Shown here: piece after piece, positions 32,950 to 42,246 of the stretch
How positions within the stretch are numbered: position 1 is the first letter of the stretch
Layout of the letters: each line of letters opens with the position of its first letter
Origin: Verrucomicrobiota bacterium
GTDB lineage: Bacteria; Verrucomicrobiota; Verrucomicrobiia; Limisphaerales; SIBH01
Assembly: GCA_038208765.1 (NCBI GenBank)
Contig: JBBQYK010000001.1
Coordinates: forward strand, 1 to 45,622
Direction: 5' to 3'
DNA length: 45,622 bases
Made by a program: the position numbers and the translations under genes
The notes under the pieces: generated by a model
Database searches by the model: none
What the model saw: only the letters and a program-made list of their open reading frames with translations
Told to the model about the DNA's origin: nothing

Positions 32950-33044
32950 GGAACCACGGAAGACACCGAAAACATGGAAGGGAACAAGGACAGAACTTCG
33001 CCTTCGGATTCCTTTTCCGTGTTTTCCGTGTCTTCCGTAGTTCC
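32950..33044. repeat. Imperfect inverted repeat of ACGGAAGAC/ACGGAAAAC-type short tandem units
   Basis: The arms at 32950-32984 and 33009-33044 match at ~31 of 35 positions as reverse complements. The element lies in the divergent region between the HTH gene and recF. Confidence 0.7.
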
Positions 33045-33103
33045 ACCTTCCCCGCCGCCACGCCGCCCTTCCCTTGCGCTGCGAATCCCGGTACGAGTTG
33101 CCG

Positions 33104-34180
33104 ATGCACGTCGGCCATCTGCGTCTCCGCGACTTCCGCAATTATGCGCGGATGGACGTGGAATTCACGCCAGGCTTTCACGTCCTCATCGGGGACAACG
33201 CGCAGGGCAAGACGAACATTCTCGAAGCCATTTATCTTCTCGCCACGCTGCGCTCGTTTCGCGGCGTGGGCGGCGCGCAGATGATTCAACACGGGAAGAA
33301 GGGCTACTTCCTCGGCGCGAAAGTCGTGGCCCAGGGCGAGAGCGAAATCAAAATGTATTGGGCCGTGGCCGAGCGGAAAATTTCCCTGAACGGCCAGCCG
33401 GTGAAGAAGCTCACCGATTATTTGGGCACGCTCCGCGCGGTCGTCTTCTGCACGGAAGATTTGCAGCTCGTGAAAGGCACGGCGCGCGGGCGGCGGCGCT
33501 TCCTAGACTTGCTGCTCGCGCAAACTTTTCCCACTTACATCCCGATCTTGCAGCGGTACGCGCAGGCGCTGCGCTCACGCAACGCGCTCTTGAAACAGCG
33601 GACGTTTGATCCGGTGGCGCTGGAAAGTTTCTCGCGCGAACTGGTTTCACTCGGCGAGGAAATCACCCGGTTGCGACGCGAGCTAATTCCCAAGCTCTCG
33701 CCTCTGACGCGCCTTGCGTATCGCCGCATCTCGAATGACGCCGAGGAACTCCGCCTGGAATACCAGCCCAGCATCAAGCGCGACTTCGCGCTGGAACTCG
33801 CGCAGTCCCGCGCGCGCGAGCAGTCGTATCGCATGACCATGGTCGGCCCGCACCGCGACGAAGTGCAGTTGCTCCTGAACGACAAATCCGCCGCGGCCTA
33901 CGGCAGCGAAGGCCAGAAGCGCACACTCGCCATCGCGCTGAAAATGGCGCAGGCGGAATACGTCACGGGCATTCACGGCTCGCCGCCGGTCTTGCTCATC
34001 GATGACGTGATGGGCGAGCTGGATGTGAAGCGCCGCGCCGGACTGCTGCCGCTGCTGGAACGAGCGCATCATGCGCGCGGCCAGGTGTTCATGACTTGCA
34101 CGGAGGAAAACTGGCCGCGCGAGCTGGGGCGCGAGTTGCAAAGGTGGACGGTGGAAGGCGGCGCGCTGAAAAAAGAATGA
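33104..34180 (+). CDS. recF: DNA replication and repair protein RecF
   Basis: LRLRDFRNY......F.PG..VL.G.NAQGKTNILEAIYLLA gives Walker A. GPHRDE is present. The signature/Walker B region is SEGQKRTLAIALKMA...LLIDDV. Confidence 0.92.
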   Translation: MHVGHLRLRDFRNYARMDVEFTPGFHVLIGDNAQGKTNILEAIYLLATLRSFRGVGGAQMIQHGKKGYFLGAKVVAQGESEIKMYWAVAERKISLNGQPVKKLTDYLGTLRAVVFCTEDLQLVKGTARGRRRFLDLLLAQTFPTYIPILQRYAQALRSRNALLKQRTFDPVALESFSRELVSLGEEITRLRRELIPKLSPLTRLAYRRISNDAEELRLEYQPSIKRDFALELAQSRAREQSYRMTMVGPHRDEVQLLLNDKSAAAYGSEGQKRTLAIALKMAQAEYVTGIHGSPPVLLIDDVMGELDVKRRAGLLPLLERAHHARGQVFMTCTEENWPRELGRELQRWTVEGGALKKE

Positions 34181-34273
34181 AGGAGCGCGGGCGTCTCCCC
34201 CGCCTGCGCGCGCTGCGGCCCAACGGCGGGCGGGACGCCCGCGCTCCACCGCCGGGCCGCGCGTCCACTGGAA

Positions 34274-34891
34274 ATGGAGCGTGCAAGGTGCGGAAAAATT
34301 CTTATACAAATCCCAATCCCCCGGTGTCTATCGGGTGAAAACGCCGTGGACTGGCAACGACAACTTTACGAGGCAAAGGCCGCGCAGCTCATTTTGTATG
34401 GGCGCGCGCTGGGGCTGGGCCACAGCGAGGCGGAGGACGTGTTGCAGGAACTGTTCGTGGCGCTGCTCCAGATGGAGCGCGAGCCGGAGCACGCGGCGCA
34501 CTACGCCATCCGGGGCTTTCGGAACCGGGCGCTGAATTACCGGCGCGGTTTCCTGCGGCGCGTGGTGCGCGAACTGGAGTCGAAGCAGTGGTTCGAGCAG
34601 GACGCCGGCGAATCTCCCCAGGAACAGGCCGCGATGCGCTGTCTCCAGAAGCTGCCGCCTGAGCAGCGCGAGGTCATCGTGCTAAAAATCTGGCACGAGC
34701 ACACGTTCGAGGAGATTGGCGAATTGCTGGAGACTTCGCCGAACACCGTCGCCGGGCGCTGGCGGTACGGGATGGAAAAACTCCGCGCGTGCCTGAGTGG
34801 GAGTGAGAGCGGTGAGTTGCGAGGTGAGAAGGCAGACCAGGCGGAGCCGCCCATCGGCTCACATTTCTCCCCGCTCACGTCGCACCTCTAA
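34274..34891 (+). CDS. ECF-type RNA polymerase sigma factor
   Basis: Region 2-like AEDVLQELFVALL...RGFRNRALNYRR. Region 4 reads LPPEQREVIVLKIWHEHTFEEIGELLETSPNTVAGRWRYGMEKLR. The start is uncertain, and GTG 34346 is plausible. Confidence 0.85.
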   Translation: MERARCGKILIQIPIPRCLSGENAVDWQRQLYEAKAAQLILYGRALGLGHSEAEDVLQELFVALLQMEREPEHAAHYAIRGFRNRALNYRRGFLRRVVRELESKQWFEQDAGESPQEQAAMRCLQKLPPEQREVIVLKIWHEHTFEEIGELLETSPNTVAGRWRYGMEKLRACLSGSESGELRGEKADQAEPPIGSHFSPLTSHL

Positions 34892-34912
34892 ACAGCCGGA
34901 GGAGAAAAATTT

Positions 34913-35311
34913 ATGAAGACACCGAATTCTTTGGAGGACCAGATGCGGTCGTGGGCGCCCCGGCGACCCGGGGCGCAACTCGAACAGCAACTCTTCGGAA
35001 CGCGAAATGCGAAGCCCGAAACCCGAAACTCCCCACGCCCGATCAGCCTGCCGTGGTTCCAGACTTTGGGCGCGAGCGTCGTCGGCTGCGCGGTCGTCCT
35101 GTTCACGATTCTGAATTTCCTGCACCTTGACGCGACGCAGAACTTTTCCGCCACGCTGACCTCCCTGAGCAACCATCCCTCGTCCCTGGCCTTTGCCAAT
35201 GCGCCCGCGAGCACTTTCCCCGCTCCGATTTTGGGTTGGACAAACGACGGCACGGTCAGTTCTCCTACCCGGCCTTTTAACGTGCTGAACACAAACTCGA
35301 CTTTGCCCTGA
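34913..35311 (+). CDS. Single-pass membrane protein in the anti-sigma-factor position
   Basis: Starts 21 nt after the sigma gene and ends 1 nt before the next ATG. One TM segment (LGASVVGCAVVLFTILNF). No zinc anti-sigma motif was seen, so the assignment rests on position only. Confidence 0.5.
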   Translation: MKTPNSLEDQMRSWAPRRPGAQLEQQLFGTRNAKPETRNSPRPISLPWFQTLGASVVGCAVVLFTILNFLHLDATQNFSATLTSLSNHPSSLAFANAPASTFPAPILGWTNDGTVSSPTRPFNVLNTNSTLP

Positions 35312-35312
35312 T

Positions 35313-38300
35313 ATGGCTTCTGAAAACCCGAAAGCGCCGAACCTCAAACGTCCGGCTGCGGCAACGTCCGCCTCTGAAACTCCGGTGCCGCCCACGGCGC
35401 CCCCGGCCAAAATGCCGCCGCTCTTCCGCCCGATTGACTGGCTGGCCTTTGGCCTCACGTTCATCGTGTCGCTCGTCGGCTATCTATGGACGCTGGCCCC
35501 GGACCTGACGCTGCAAGACTCCGGCGAACTGGCCGTCGCCTCGATGTACGCCGGCGTGCCGCATCCGCCGGGCTACCCGGTGTGGACGATCTACACCTGG
35601 ATTTTCACGAAGATCATTCCGTTCGGGAACATGGCCTTCCGCGTCGGCGTGTCGTCGGCCTTCGCCAGCGCGCTGGCCTGCGGCATTCTCACGCTCATTG
35701 TTTCGCGCGGCAGCAGCATGTTCATGGAGAGCATCGCGGAGTTCAAAACCATCGCGCGCAAGACCGAGAATTCCATCTGCCTGATCGCCGGTGTGGTGGC
35801 CGGACTCATCATCGCCTTCAACGCCTTCATGTGGAGCCAGGCGCTCATCGTGGAAGTGTACGCGCTGAGCAGCCTCTCGCTCATCGGCGGCGTGGCGTGT
35901 CTGCTGCACTGGACGTACGCGCCCAATCAATATCGCTACCTCTACTTCTCGTGGTTCCTCTGCGGCATCTCGTTCAACAACCATCAATCGCTCTTCGTGA
36001 TCACGGTCGCGATGGAGATTCTGATGATCGCGGTGCAGCCGCGCATCGGGCGCGCGATGCTGTTGTGGAACAGCATCTTCTACGGCGTGGGCCTGATCCT
36101 CACCGGCAAGAGCAGCACGCTCATGTCGGGGAACACGCCGTTGCTGCTCATCTTCAACGCCATCGGCTTCGGCTCGATCATCGGCTACGTCTGGTTGTCC
36201 GTGCGCACGAAAGCCACGGCCACGGAGATTCTGCGCGACGTGGTTCTGATTGTCGTGGCGCTCGGCGCGATGGCGGCGGGCGGCGTGCGCGCCATGCTCG
36301 TGTGCGTGAGCCTGGTGCTGCTGGTCTTCGTGGGCCTCGACATCTATCTGACCTCGCAACGGCGCGCGATGGACTGGGCGCCGCAGTGGCGCAAGGCCAT
36401 CGCCTGCGGCATCGCGTTCGTGATGGGCGCGGCATTCTATCTCTACATGCCGCTGGCCTCGATGAGCAACCCGCCGCTGAACTGGGGCTACCCGCGCACC
36501 GTCGGCGGTTTCATCCACGCCTTCACACGCGGGCAGTATGAAAAAATCCGTCCGACCACCGGACATGGCGCGAACATCGTGGAGCAGACCTGGTCGTGGG
36601 TGACGACCTATGCCAAGCAGGTGCAGTTCATCCTGATCGAGGGACCCATCGAGGAATTCAGCCTCGGGTATCTGATCATTGGCTTGATTCCGCTGTTCTT
36701 CTTCCGACGATTGCAACCGCGAGAGCGAGCGTGGCTGCTGGGGTTGGTCGCCTTCTACATTGTGCTGGGACCGTTCCTGCTCGAACTGTTCAATCCCGCG
36801 CCGGATCGACAAAGCATTTCGCTGAACAAGCCGTTCTTCATCGCGTCGCATCTGTTCATCGCTATCGCCATCGGGTACGGCATTGCCCTGGCCGTGGCGG
36901 CGCTGGTCACGAACTACCATCGCTTCCGCCTGCCCGCGCTGGTCGGCTGCGGCCTGCTGGCGCTGGCCGCGCTGTGGTTTGGCGTGGCCGACGCGTATCG
37001 GACGGAGACGCCCTACTGGATTCCGCGTTTCGCCGCAGTGTGGAGCTTCTCGCTGGCCGTGCTGGCGACGCTGGTCTTGGCCTTCTGGAGAAAGACTGCG
37101 CCGGTGGTGGCCTTGCTCGGCATCTGCTTCCTCATGCCCGTGTGGACGGTCGCCTCGCACTGGTCGGACGTGGAACAGCGCGGGCACATGTTCGGCTTCT
37201 GGTTCGGCCACGACATGTTCACGCCGCCGTTCAAGGGCAAGGACGGCCAGCTCACTTACAAACGCGCCGAGCGGGAGGAACTGCTCAAGACGCCGGCCGG
37301 TCAGAAGAACATTTATCCCGAGATGGCGCGCGACACGATTCTGTTCGGCGGCACGGACCCCGGACGCTTCTGCCCGACCTACATGATTTTCTGCGAGAGC
37401 TTCACCAAGCCCGAAGACAAGGAGGATCCCGAGTTTGACCGCCGCGACGTGTACCTCATCACGCAGAATGCGCTGGCCGACGCAACGTATCTGCAATACA
37501 TCCGCGCGCACTACAACCGAAGCACGGAGAAGGACATTCCGTTCTTCGCCGAATGGATGCGCAGCGACAAGGAGCGGGAGCTGAATTTCAAGACCAACCT
37601 CCTCGCGCGGATGATCGCGGTGCCGCTGGACAATTTCTTCCTCGGCAACGGCGCGCGCATCGAGAAGGAACGGCGCGTGGGCAGCTCGTTCTTCCAGCCC
37701 GAGCATTTTCTCCAGCTCAATGACTTCGCGAAAAAGATCGAGCAAGGCTCCGGCCCCACCGAGGTCGCGAAATACCTGCGCGACAATCTCTCTGAAGAAA
37801 CGCGCAAGCAGTTGAGCAGCGGCGGCAGCGGCCTCGCGAGCGCGCTGACCAAGGACCTGAACCGCATCCTCGACGACGAGTGGATGGGCAATCTCGAACT
37901 GCCCGGCCTGCGCAACGAACTCGCCACTGTGGAGCAGCAGCTCTCCTCCGGCGCGGGCAAGGCCAGCAAGCTCACCGCGCGCAAGGAAGAGCTGACGAAG
38001 AAGATCGCCTACTACACGAAGCTCGTGCCGTTCTACACGCCGGGACGTTTCGAGGGGCTGCCGCTCTCCACGCATTTGCAAAGGTTCGCCAAGGAGAACC
38101 CGACCAACCACACGCGCATCCGCTTCAGCCGGCAGTTGATCGAATCCGTTTTCCCCAAGGAACTCGCGGTCAGCGAGGGCGGTGTGTATCCCGACCGGGA
38201 AATCCGCACGCCGTCGAACGAGGATTCGCAGCGCTCCTTCCAAGAATACATGAACGACGCGCAGGCCCGCATGGCGAAAGGCCAGCTCCGGCCCGGCGAA

Positions 38301-39545
38301 GACGTAAAGGTCGTGGACAACCGGGTGCTGGTTTCCGGCCAGGTCGCGGTCATGGCCATCAACGCCCTGCTCTGCAAAGTCATCTTCGAGCAGAACCCGG
38401 ACAACGAGTTCTACGTCGAGGAAAGTTTCCCGCTCGAATGGATGTATCCGCACCTGACGCCGTTCGGCATCATCATGAAGATCAACCGCGAGCAGTTGCC
38501 CGAACTCTCGCAGGAGATCGTGGACAAGGATCATCTCTTCTGGAGCGATTATTCCGAGCGGCTCATCGGCAACTGGATCACCTACGACACGCCGGTCTCG
38601 AACATCACGGCCTTCGCCGAGCGCGTTTATGTGAACAAGGATTATCGCGGCTTCAAGGGCGACCCGCGCTTCGTGCGCGATGAGGACGGGCAGAAGGCGT
38701 TCTCGAAACTCCGCAGTTCCATCGCCGGCGTCTATGCCTGGCGCGTGGCGAACCAGACGGCCGGCCGCGCGGCGGACATCGAGATGCGCCAGGCCCGCCA
38801 GCCCGGCGTGCCGCTCACGCCCGACGACCGCCGCGCGCTGGAGGTTCACAACCGCATGTTCCGCGAGGCGGAATTCTCGTTCAAACAAGCCTACGCCTTC
38901 TGCCCCTACAGCCCGGAGGCGCTCTATCGCTACGTGCAGTTGCTCGCGGGCGCGCGCCGTTTCGACGACGCCATCCTGCTCGCGAAAACTTCCCGCAAGC
39001 TCGACCCCGCGAATGGCGGTCTGGAAAATCTCGTGCGCGAACTGGAGAAGATGAAAGCCCAGGTCGGCGGCATGAGCACCGACGCGATGCAGCAGGCTGA
39101 GTCTGCCTTCCGCCTGAATCCCACGGACCTCGCCAACGCGGGCGCGCTCGCGCAAATGTACGCGCAGCAAGGCCGCACCAACGACGTCCTCCGCATCGCC
39201 GACACCCTGATCGCCATTCCGAACGCGAATGCGCAGATGATCAGCTTCGCCGCGCAGGTCTATCAGCAGTTGCCCGATTACGTGCGCCTCGAACGCGCTC
39301 TGGAGCGCTGGACGAAAGTCACGCCCACGCCCGAAGCCTGGCTCGACTACGCCGCCTCGCAGGCCGTCCTCGGCAAACGCCCCCAGGCCATCGCTTCCTT
39401 GCAACAGGCCCTGACCATGAGCGCGGACCGTCGGAAGACCAATCCGGCAGCGGAGAATCTCGCCACGTCCTTGGTCAACGACGCGCGCTTCGCCGCGCTC
39501 AAGGCCACGCCGGAGTTCCAGCAGTTGCTCGCGACGAACAAGTAG
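35313..39545 (+). CDS. 1410-aa polytopic membrane protein with a DUF2723 (GT-C fold, TMEM260/PMT-like glycosyltransferase) N-terminal region, a large soluble middle region and C-terminal TPR repeats
   Basis: The DUF2723 hallmark near the N-terminus is APDLTLQDSGELAVASMYAGVPHPPGYPVWT. More than 10 hydrophobic segments occur up to ~aa 640. TPR-like helices lie in the last ~300 aa (FKQAYAFCPYSPEALYRYVQLL..., AESAFRLNPTDLANAGALAQMYAQQG...). Confidence 0.88.
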   Translation: MASENPKAPNLKRPAAATSASETPVPPTAPPAKMPPLFRPIDWLAFGLTFIVSLVGYLWTLAPDLTLQDSGELAVASMYAGVPHPPGYPVWTIYTWIFTKIIPFGNMAFRVGVSSAFASALACGILTLIVSRGSSMFMESIAEFKTIARKTENSICLIAGVVAGLIIAFNAFMWSQALIVEVYALSSLSLIGGVACLLHWTYAPNQYRYLYFSWFLCGISFNNHQSLFVITVAMEILMIAVQPRIGRAMLLWNSIFYGVGLILTGKSSTLMSGNTPLLLIFNAIGFGSIIGYVWLSVRTKATATEILRDVVLIVVALGAMAAGGVRAMLVCVSLVLLVFVGLDIYLTSQRRAMDWAPQWRKAIACGIAFVMGAAFYLYMPLASMSNPPLNWGYPRTVGGFIHAFTRGQYEKIRPTTGHGANIVEQTWSWVTTYAKQVQFILIEGPIEEFSLGYLIIGLIPLFFFRRLQPRERAWLLGLVAFYIVLGPFLLELFNPAPDRQSISLNKPFFIASHLFIAIAIGYGIALAVAALVTNYHRFRLPALVGCGLLALAALWFGVADAYRTETPYWIPRFAAVWSFSLAVLATLVLAFWRKTAPVVALLGICFLMPVWTVASHWSDVEQRGHMFGFWFGHDMFTPPFKGKDGQLTYKRAEREELLKTPAGQKNIYPEMARDTILFGGTDPGRFCPTYMIFCESFTKPEDKEDPEFDRRDVYLITQNALADATYLQYIRAHYNRSTEKDIPFFAEWMRSDKERELNFKTNLLARMIAVPLDNFFLGNGARIEKERRVGSSFFQPEHFLQLNDFAKKIEQGSGPTEVAKYLRDNLSEETRKQLSSGGSGLASALTKDLNRILDDEWMGNLELPGLRNELATVEQQLSSGAGKASKLTARKEELTKKIAYYTKLVPFYTPGRFEGLPLSTHLQRFAKENPTNHTRIRFSRQLIESVFPKELAVSEGGVYPDREIRTPSNEDSQRSFQEYMNDAQARMAKGQLRPGEDVKVVDNRVLVSGQVAVMAINALLCKVIFEQNPDNEFYVEESFPLEWMYPHLTPFGIIMKINREQLPELSQEIVDKDHLFWSDYSERLIGNWITYDTPVSNITAFAERVYVNKDYRGFKGDPRFVRDEDGQKAFSKLRSSIAGVYAWRVANQTAGRAADIEMRQARQPGVPLTPDDRRALEVHNRMFREAEFSFKQAYAFCPYSPEALYRYVQLLAGARRFDDAILLAKTSRKLDPANGGLENLVRELEKMKAQVGGMSTDAMQQAESAFRLNPTDLANAGALAQMYAQQGRTNDVLRIADTLIAIPNANAQMISFAAQVYQQLPDYVRLERALERWTKVTPTPEAWLDYAASQAVLGKRPQAIASLQQALTMSADRRKTNPAAENLATSLVNDARFAALKATPEFQQLLATNK

Positions 39546-39557
39546 TCGTTCCAGAGT

Positions 39558-39585
39558 GCCGGTTGCAAAACCGGCGCTTTCAGTT
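39558..39585 (+). terminator. Possible terminator hairpin
   Basis: 7-bp stem GCCGGTT/AACCGGC with a 4-nt loop, followed by GCTTTCAGTT, 13 nt after the stop. The T-tract is weak. Confidence 0.4.
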
Positions 39586-39612
39586 CGGGGGGGGCGTGCA
39601 AGTCCCGCCATC

Positions 39613-39718
39613 GGAAAGCGGCGCTAAAGCGACCGCACTCCAAACGCTCCGCGAGTGAAAAGACACGTGGTGCTGCGCGCCTGCATTTGGAGTGCGGTCG
39701 CTTTAGCGCCGCTTTTCC
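39613..39718. repeat. REP-like palindromic element (about 32-bp arms, 41-nt spacer)
   Basis: GGAAAGCGGCGCTAAAGCGACCGCACTCCAAA (39613-39644) faces TTTGGAGTGCGGTCGCTTTAGCGCCGCTTTTCC (39686-39718). The arms are identical apart from one extra A. Confidence 0.8.
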
Positions 39719-39766
39719 CAAGCCCCAAAAACCGGACGTGTTGGCTAATTTTAAGATGGGCTTGGT

Positions 39767-41047
39767 TCACGGCTTCAACCAGTTCAAAAACACCGTGATG
39801 TTCAGCGCGTTCAGGAAATCAATCAGGAACCCGCCGACCACCGGCACCACGAGGAACGCGCGCGGCGACGGGCCATATTTCTCCACGATGGCCTTCATGT
39901 TCGCCACCGCGTTCGGCGTCGCTCCGAGACTGAAGCCCACCTGCCCCGCCGACATCACCGCCGCGTCGTAAGTCCGGCCCATCAGCGGAAACGTCACCAG
40001 CCAGGCGAAGAGGCCCATGAGGATCACTTGCGCGGTGAGGATGACCAGCATCGGCAGCGCGGTGTTCGCGAGGTCGGCGAGATTCAGACCCATCATGGTG
40101 ATGGCGAGAAACAGGCCGAGCGTGACCGCCGCCAGCGCGTCCACAATTTCTGTCTTGATGGCACCGTCTAAAAAAATGTCCGCCCCGTTCCGCACCACCA
40201 CGCCGAGCATCAGCGCGCCCATATAGACCGGGAAGGTCACGCCCGTCTGCTGGATGAAGTAGCTGATCCACGCGCCGGCCTTCAGGCAGATCAGCAGCAC
40301 CAGCAGATGCCCGAGGAAAGTCTTGCGGAAACCAATCAGTTCCTTGAGGTCGGAAAGAATTCCCGATGCACCGGACGCGCCGGACTCCAGATGCACTTCC
40401 TTCGCCGCGTCGGATTTCAAATGATGCTTGCGAATCAGCCAGCCGCCGAGCGGCCCGCCCATCAGTCCGCCCGCCACCAGCCCGAACGTCGCCGCCGCCA
40501 CGCTGACCGCGCCGGCATTCGTGAAGCCCGCCTTGGTCAATTCCGACTCAAAACCGAGCGCGGTGCCGAGGCCGCCCGCCAGCGTGAGACTGCCGCAGAC
40601 CAGTCCGAGCACCGGCGATTCCCCGAGCAGTTTCGCCAGCGGCACGCCGATGAGATTTTGCGCCACGGCGAGAAAGGTCGAGAGCGCGAGAAAGATCAGC
40701 ATCGGCCAGCTTCCTTGCCGCAGAAAACGCCAGCTCGCGTTCAGCCCGATGCAGGTGAAGAAGGCGACGAGGAACGGTTGGTTCACCTTGCCCGCCGGAT
40801 TTTTCCACCATACCGGGTCCACCGCCGTGATCCACGTCCACCACGGCGCGGTCACGGTGTTGTCGAATTTCACCGTTGCTCCGCGCGCGAAGCTCACGCC
40901 GAGCAGGATCAGCGCGACCAGCAATCCGCCCACGACCGGCGCGGGAATGTTGAAACGCGAGAGGAACGCGACGCGCCGCACCAGCCATTCGCCAAGCAGC
41001 AAAACCGGAATCGCCAGCGCGACGGTGAACCACGCGGAAATCGTCAT
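39767..41047 (-). CDS. gltS: Sodium/glutamate symporter (GltS/ESS family)
   Basis: MTISAWFTVALAIPVLLLGEWLVRRVAFLSRFNIPAPVVGGLLVALIL is the typical GltS N-terminus. The protein is polytopic throughout. The start was chosen at this Met rather than at the ORF start. Confidence 0.9.
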   Translation of the reverse strand: MTISAWFTVALAIPVLLLGEWLVRRVAFLSRFNIPAPVVGGLLVALILLGVSFARGATVKFDNTVTAPWWTWITAVDPVWWKNPAGKVNQPFLVAFFTCIGLNASWRFLRQGSWPMLIFLALSTFLAVAQNLIGVPLAKLLGESPVLGLVCGSLTLAGGLGTALGFESELTKAGFTNAGAVSVAAATFGLVAGGLMGGPLGGWLIRKHHLKSDAAKEVHLESGASGASGILSDLKELIGFRKTFLGHLLVLLICLKAGAWISYFIQQTGVTFPVYMGALMLGVVVRNGADIFLDGAIKTEIVDALAAVTLGLFLAITMMGLNLADLANTALPMLVILTAQVILMGLFAWLVTFPLMGRTYDAAVMSAGQVGFSLGATPNAVANMKAIVEKYGPSPRAFLVVPVVGGFLIDFLNALNITVFLNWLKP

Positions 41048-41108
41048 GCGCCAAGCAAGCCCGCCGGGCTTGGCAAAAGTCAAACCCTGCGTAGCATCCC
41101 GCCCCGGA

Positions 41109-42104
41109 ATGACGACGATCAAAATTGCCCAGTTCGGCCTCGGCCCCATCGGACTCGAAACGCTCAAGCTCGCCGCGACCAAACCGTGGGCGCACATCAT
41201 CGGCGGGATCGACATCGATCCAGCGCTGGCCGGACGCAGCCTGGCTGACCTCACCGGTTTGCCCGCGCTGCGCGACGCGAAAGTCTTTCGCTCCCTCGAT
41301 GAACTTCTCGCCCACGCGAAGCCCGACGTGATTTTCCACACCGCCGTCTCGAAGATTCGCGCTGCGGTGGCACAGGTTGAACCGATGGCGCGCGCCGGCA
41401 TCAGCGTCGTCTCTTCGTGCGAGGAATTGCTCTACCCTGCCCTGCGCGAACCCGAACTGGCGCAACAACTCGACGACACTTGCAAGAAGTTCGGCGCGCG
41501 CGTGCTCGGCACGGGCGTGAACCCCGGCTTCGTCATGGACGTGCTGCCCGTCTGCCTCACCGGCGTCTGCCGCAACGTGAGCGCGATTCACATCCAGCGC
41601 GTCGTCAATGCCGCGACGCGACGCGGCCCGTTGCAAAGGAAGATTGGCAGCGGACTCGCGCCCGCCGAGTTCGAGCGCCTCTTCGCCGAAGGCAAGGCCG
41701 GCCACGCCGGACTAAAAGATTCCGCCGCGCTCATCGCGCATTGTCTCGGCTGGAACATTTCCGAACTCACCGAGACCTGCCACGCCATGGTCGCGGATCA
41801 CGACATCAAAACACCGCACGTCGAAGTGCAGCGCGGCCAGTGCTGCGGCCTGCATCAACGCGGCGAGGCAAAAGTGGATGGCGTGCTGCGCCTCACGCTG
41901 GATTTGAAAATGTATCTCGACGCGCCGAATCCGCACGACGCCTGCCAGATCGAAGGCGAGCCTGCGCTCAAGATGATGATCGAGGGCGGCGTGGCCGGCG
42001 ACGCCGCGACGGTCGCTTCGCTCGTGAACGCCGCGCCGCGCGTGCTCAAGGCTCCGCCCGGCCTGTTGCTGATGACCGACATCGGCGTGCCGAGTTGGCG
42101 GTAA
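41109..42104 (+). CDS. DapB-like NAD(P)-dependent dehydrogenase (amine dehydrogenase / 2,4-diaminopentanoate dehydrogenase-like family)
   Basis: N-terminal Rossmann IKIAQFGLGPIGLE, then GTGVNPGFVMDVLP. The start is at MTTIKIA. The upstream part of the ORF is antisense to gltS. Confidence 0.78.
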   Translation: MTTIKIAQFGLGPIGLETLKLAATKPWAHIIGGIDIDPALAGRSLADLTGLPALRDAKVFRSLDELLAHAKPDVIFHTAVSKIRAAVAQVEPMARAGISVVSSCEELLYPALREPELAQQLDDTCKKFGARVLGTGVNPGFVMDVLPVCLTGVCRNVSAIHIQRVVNAATRRGPLQRKIGSGLAPAEFERLFAEGKAGHAGLKDSAALIAHCLGWNISELTETCHAMVADHDIKTPHVEVQRGQCCGLHQRGEAKVDGVLRLTLDLKMYLDAPNPHDACQIEGEPALKMMIEGGVAGDAATVASLVNAAPRVLKAPPGLLLMTDIGVPSWR

Positions 42105-42246
42105 TCTGGAGCGAGGGGCGCGGCCTGCAGGCCGATTCAACGTGCGCCCGCAGGAGAAGTGAAAATTTTCCAGCCTGCCTGAACGAAGTGCGGTGAAGCG
42201 GCATGAATGCCGCGCTCCTTGGCACAAGCGGCTCCGCGAAATGTCC

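Noticed and set aside
32323-33609. 428-aa + strand ORF
   Set aside because: It is antisense to the HTH gene, crosses the repeat element, and then runs out of frame through recF. RecF (33104..34180) has clear motifs in its own frame.
35484-39611. 1375-aa ORF on the minus strand
   Set aside because: It is exactly antisense to the DUF2723 gene. Its translation is Arg/Gly/Ala/His/Asp-rich low complexity with no motif. This is a typical shadow ORF of a GC-rich gene with GC-rich third positions.
40428-41108. N-terminal 227 codons of ORF 40428..42104
   Set aside because: This part is antisense to gltS and low complexity. The dehydrogenase Rossmann motif begins right after the internal ATG at 41109, which I take as the true start.
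42115-42215. Palindromes between the convergent dehydrogenase and kinase genes (GGCCTGCAGGCC, GCGGCA-TGAA-TGCCGC)
   Set aside because: The stems are short (6 bp) and lack convincing T-tracts on either strand. They may contribute to termination, but the evidence is too weak to annotate them.
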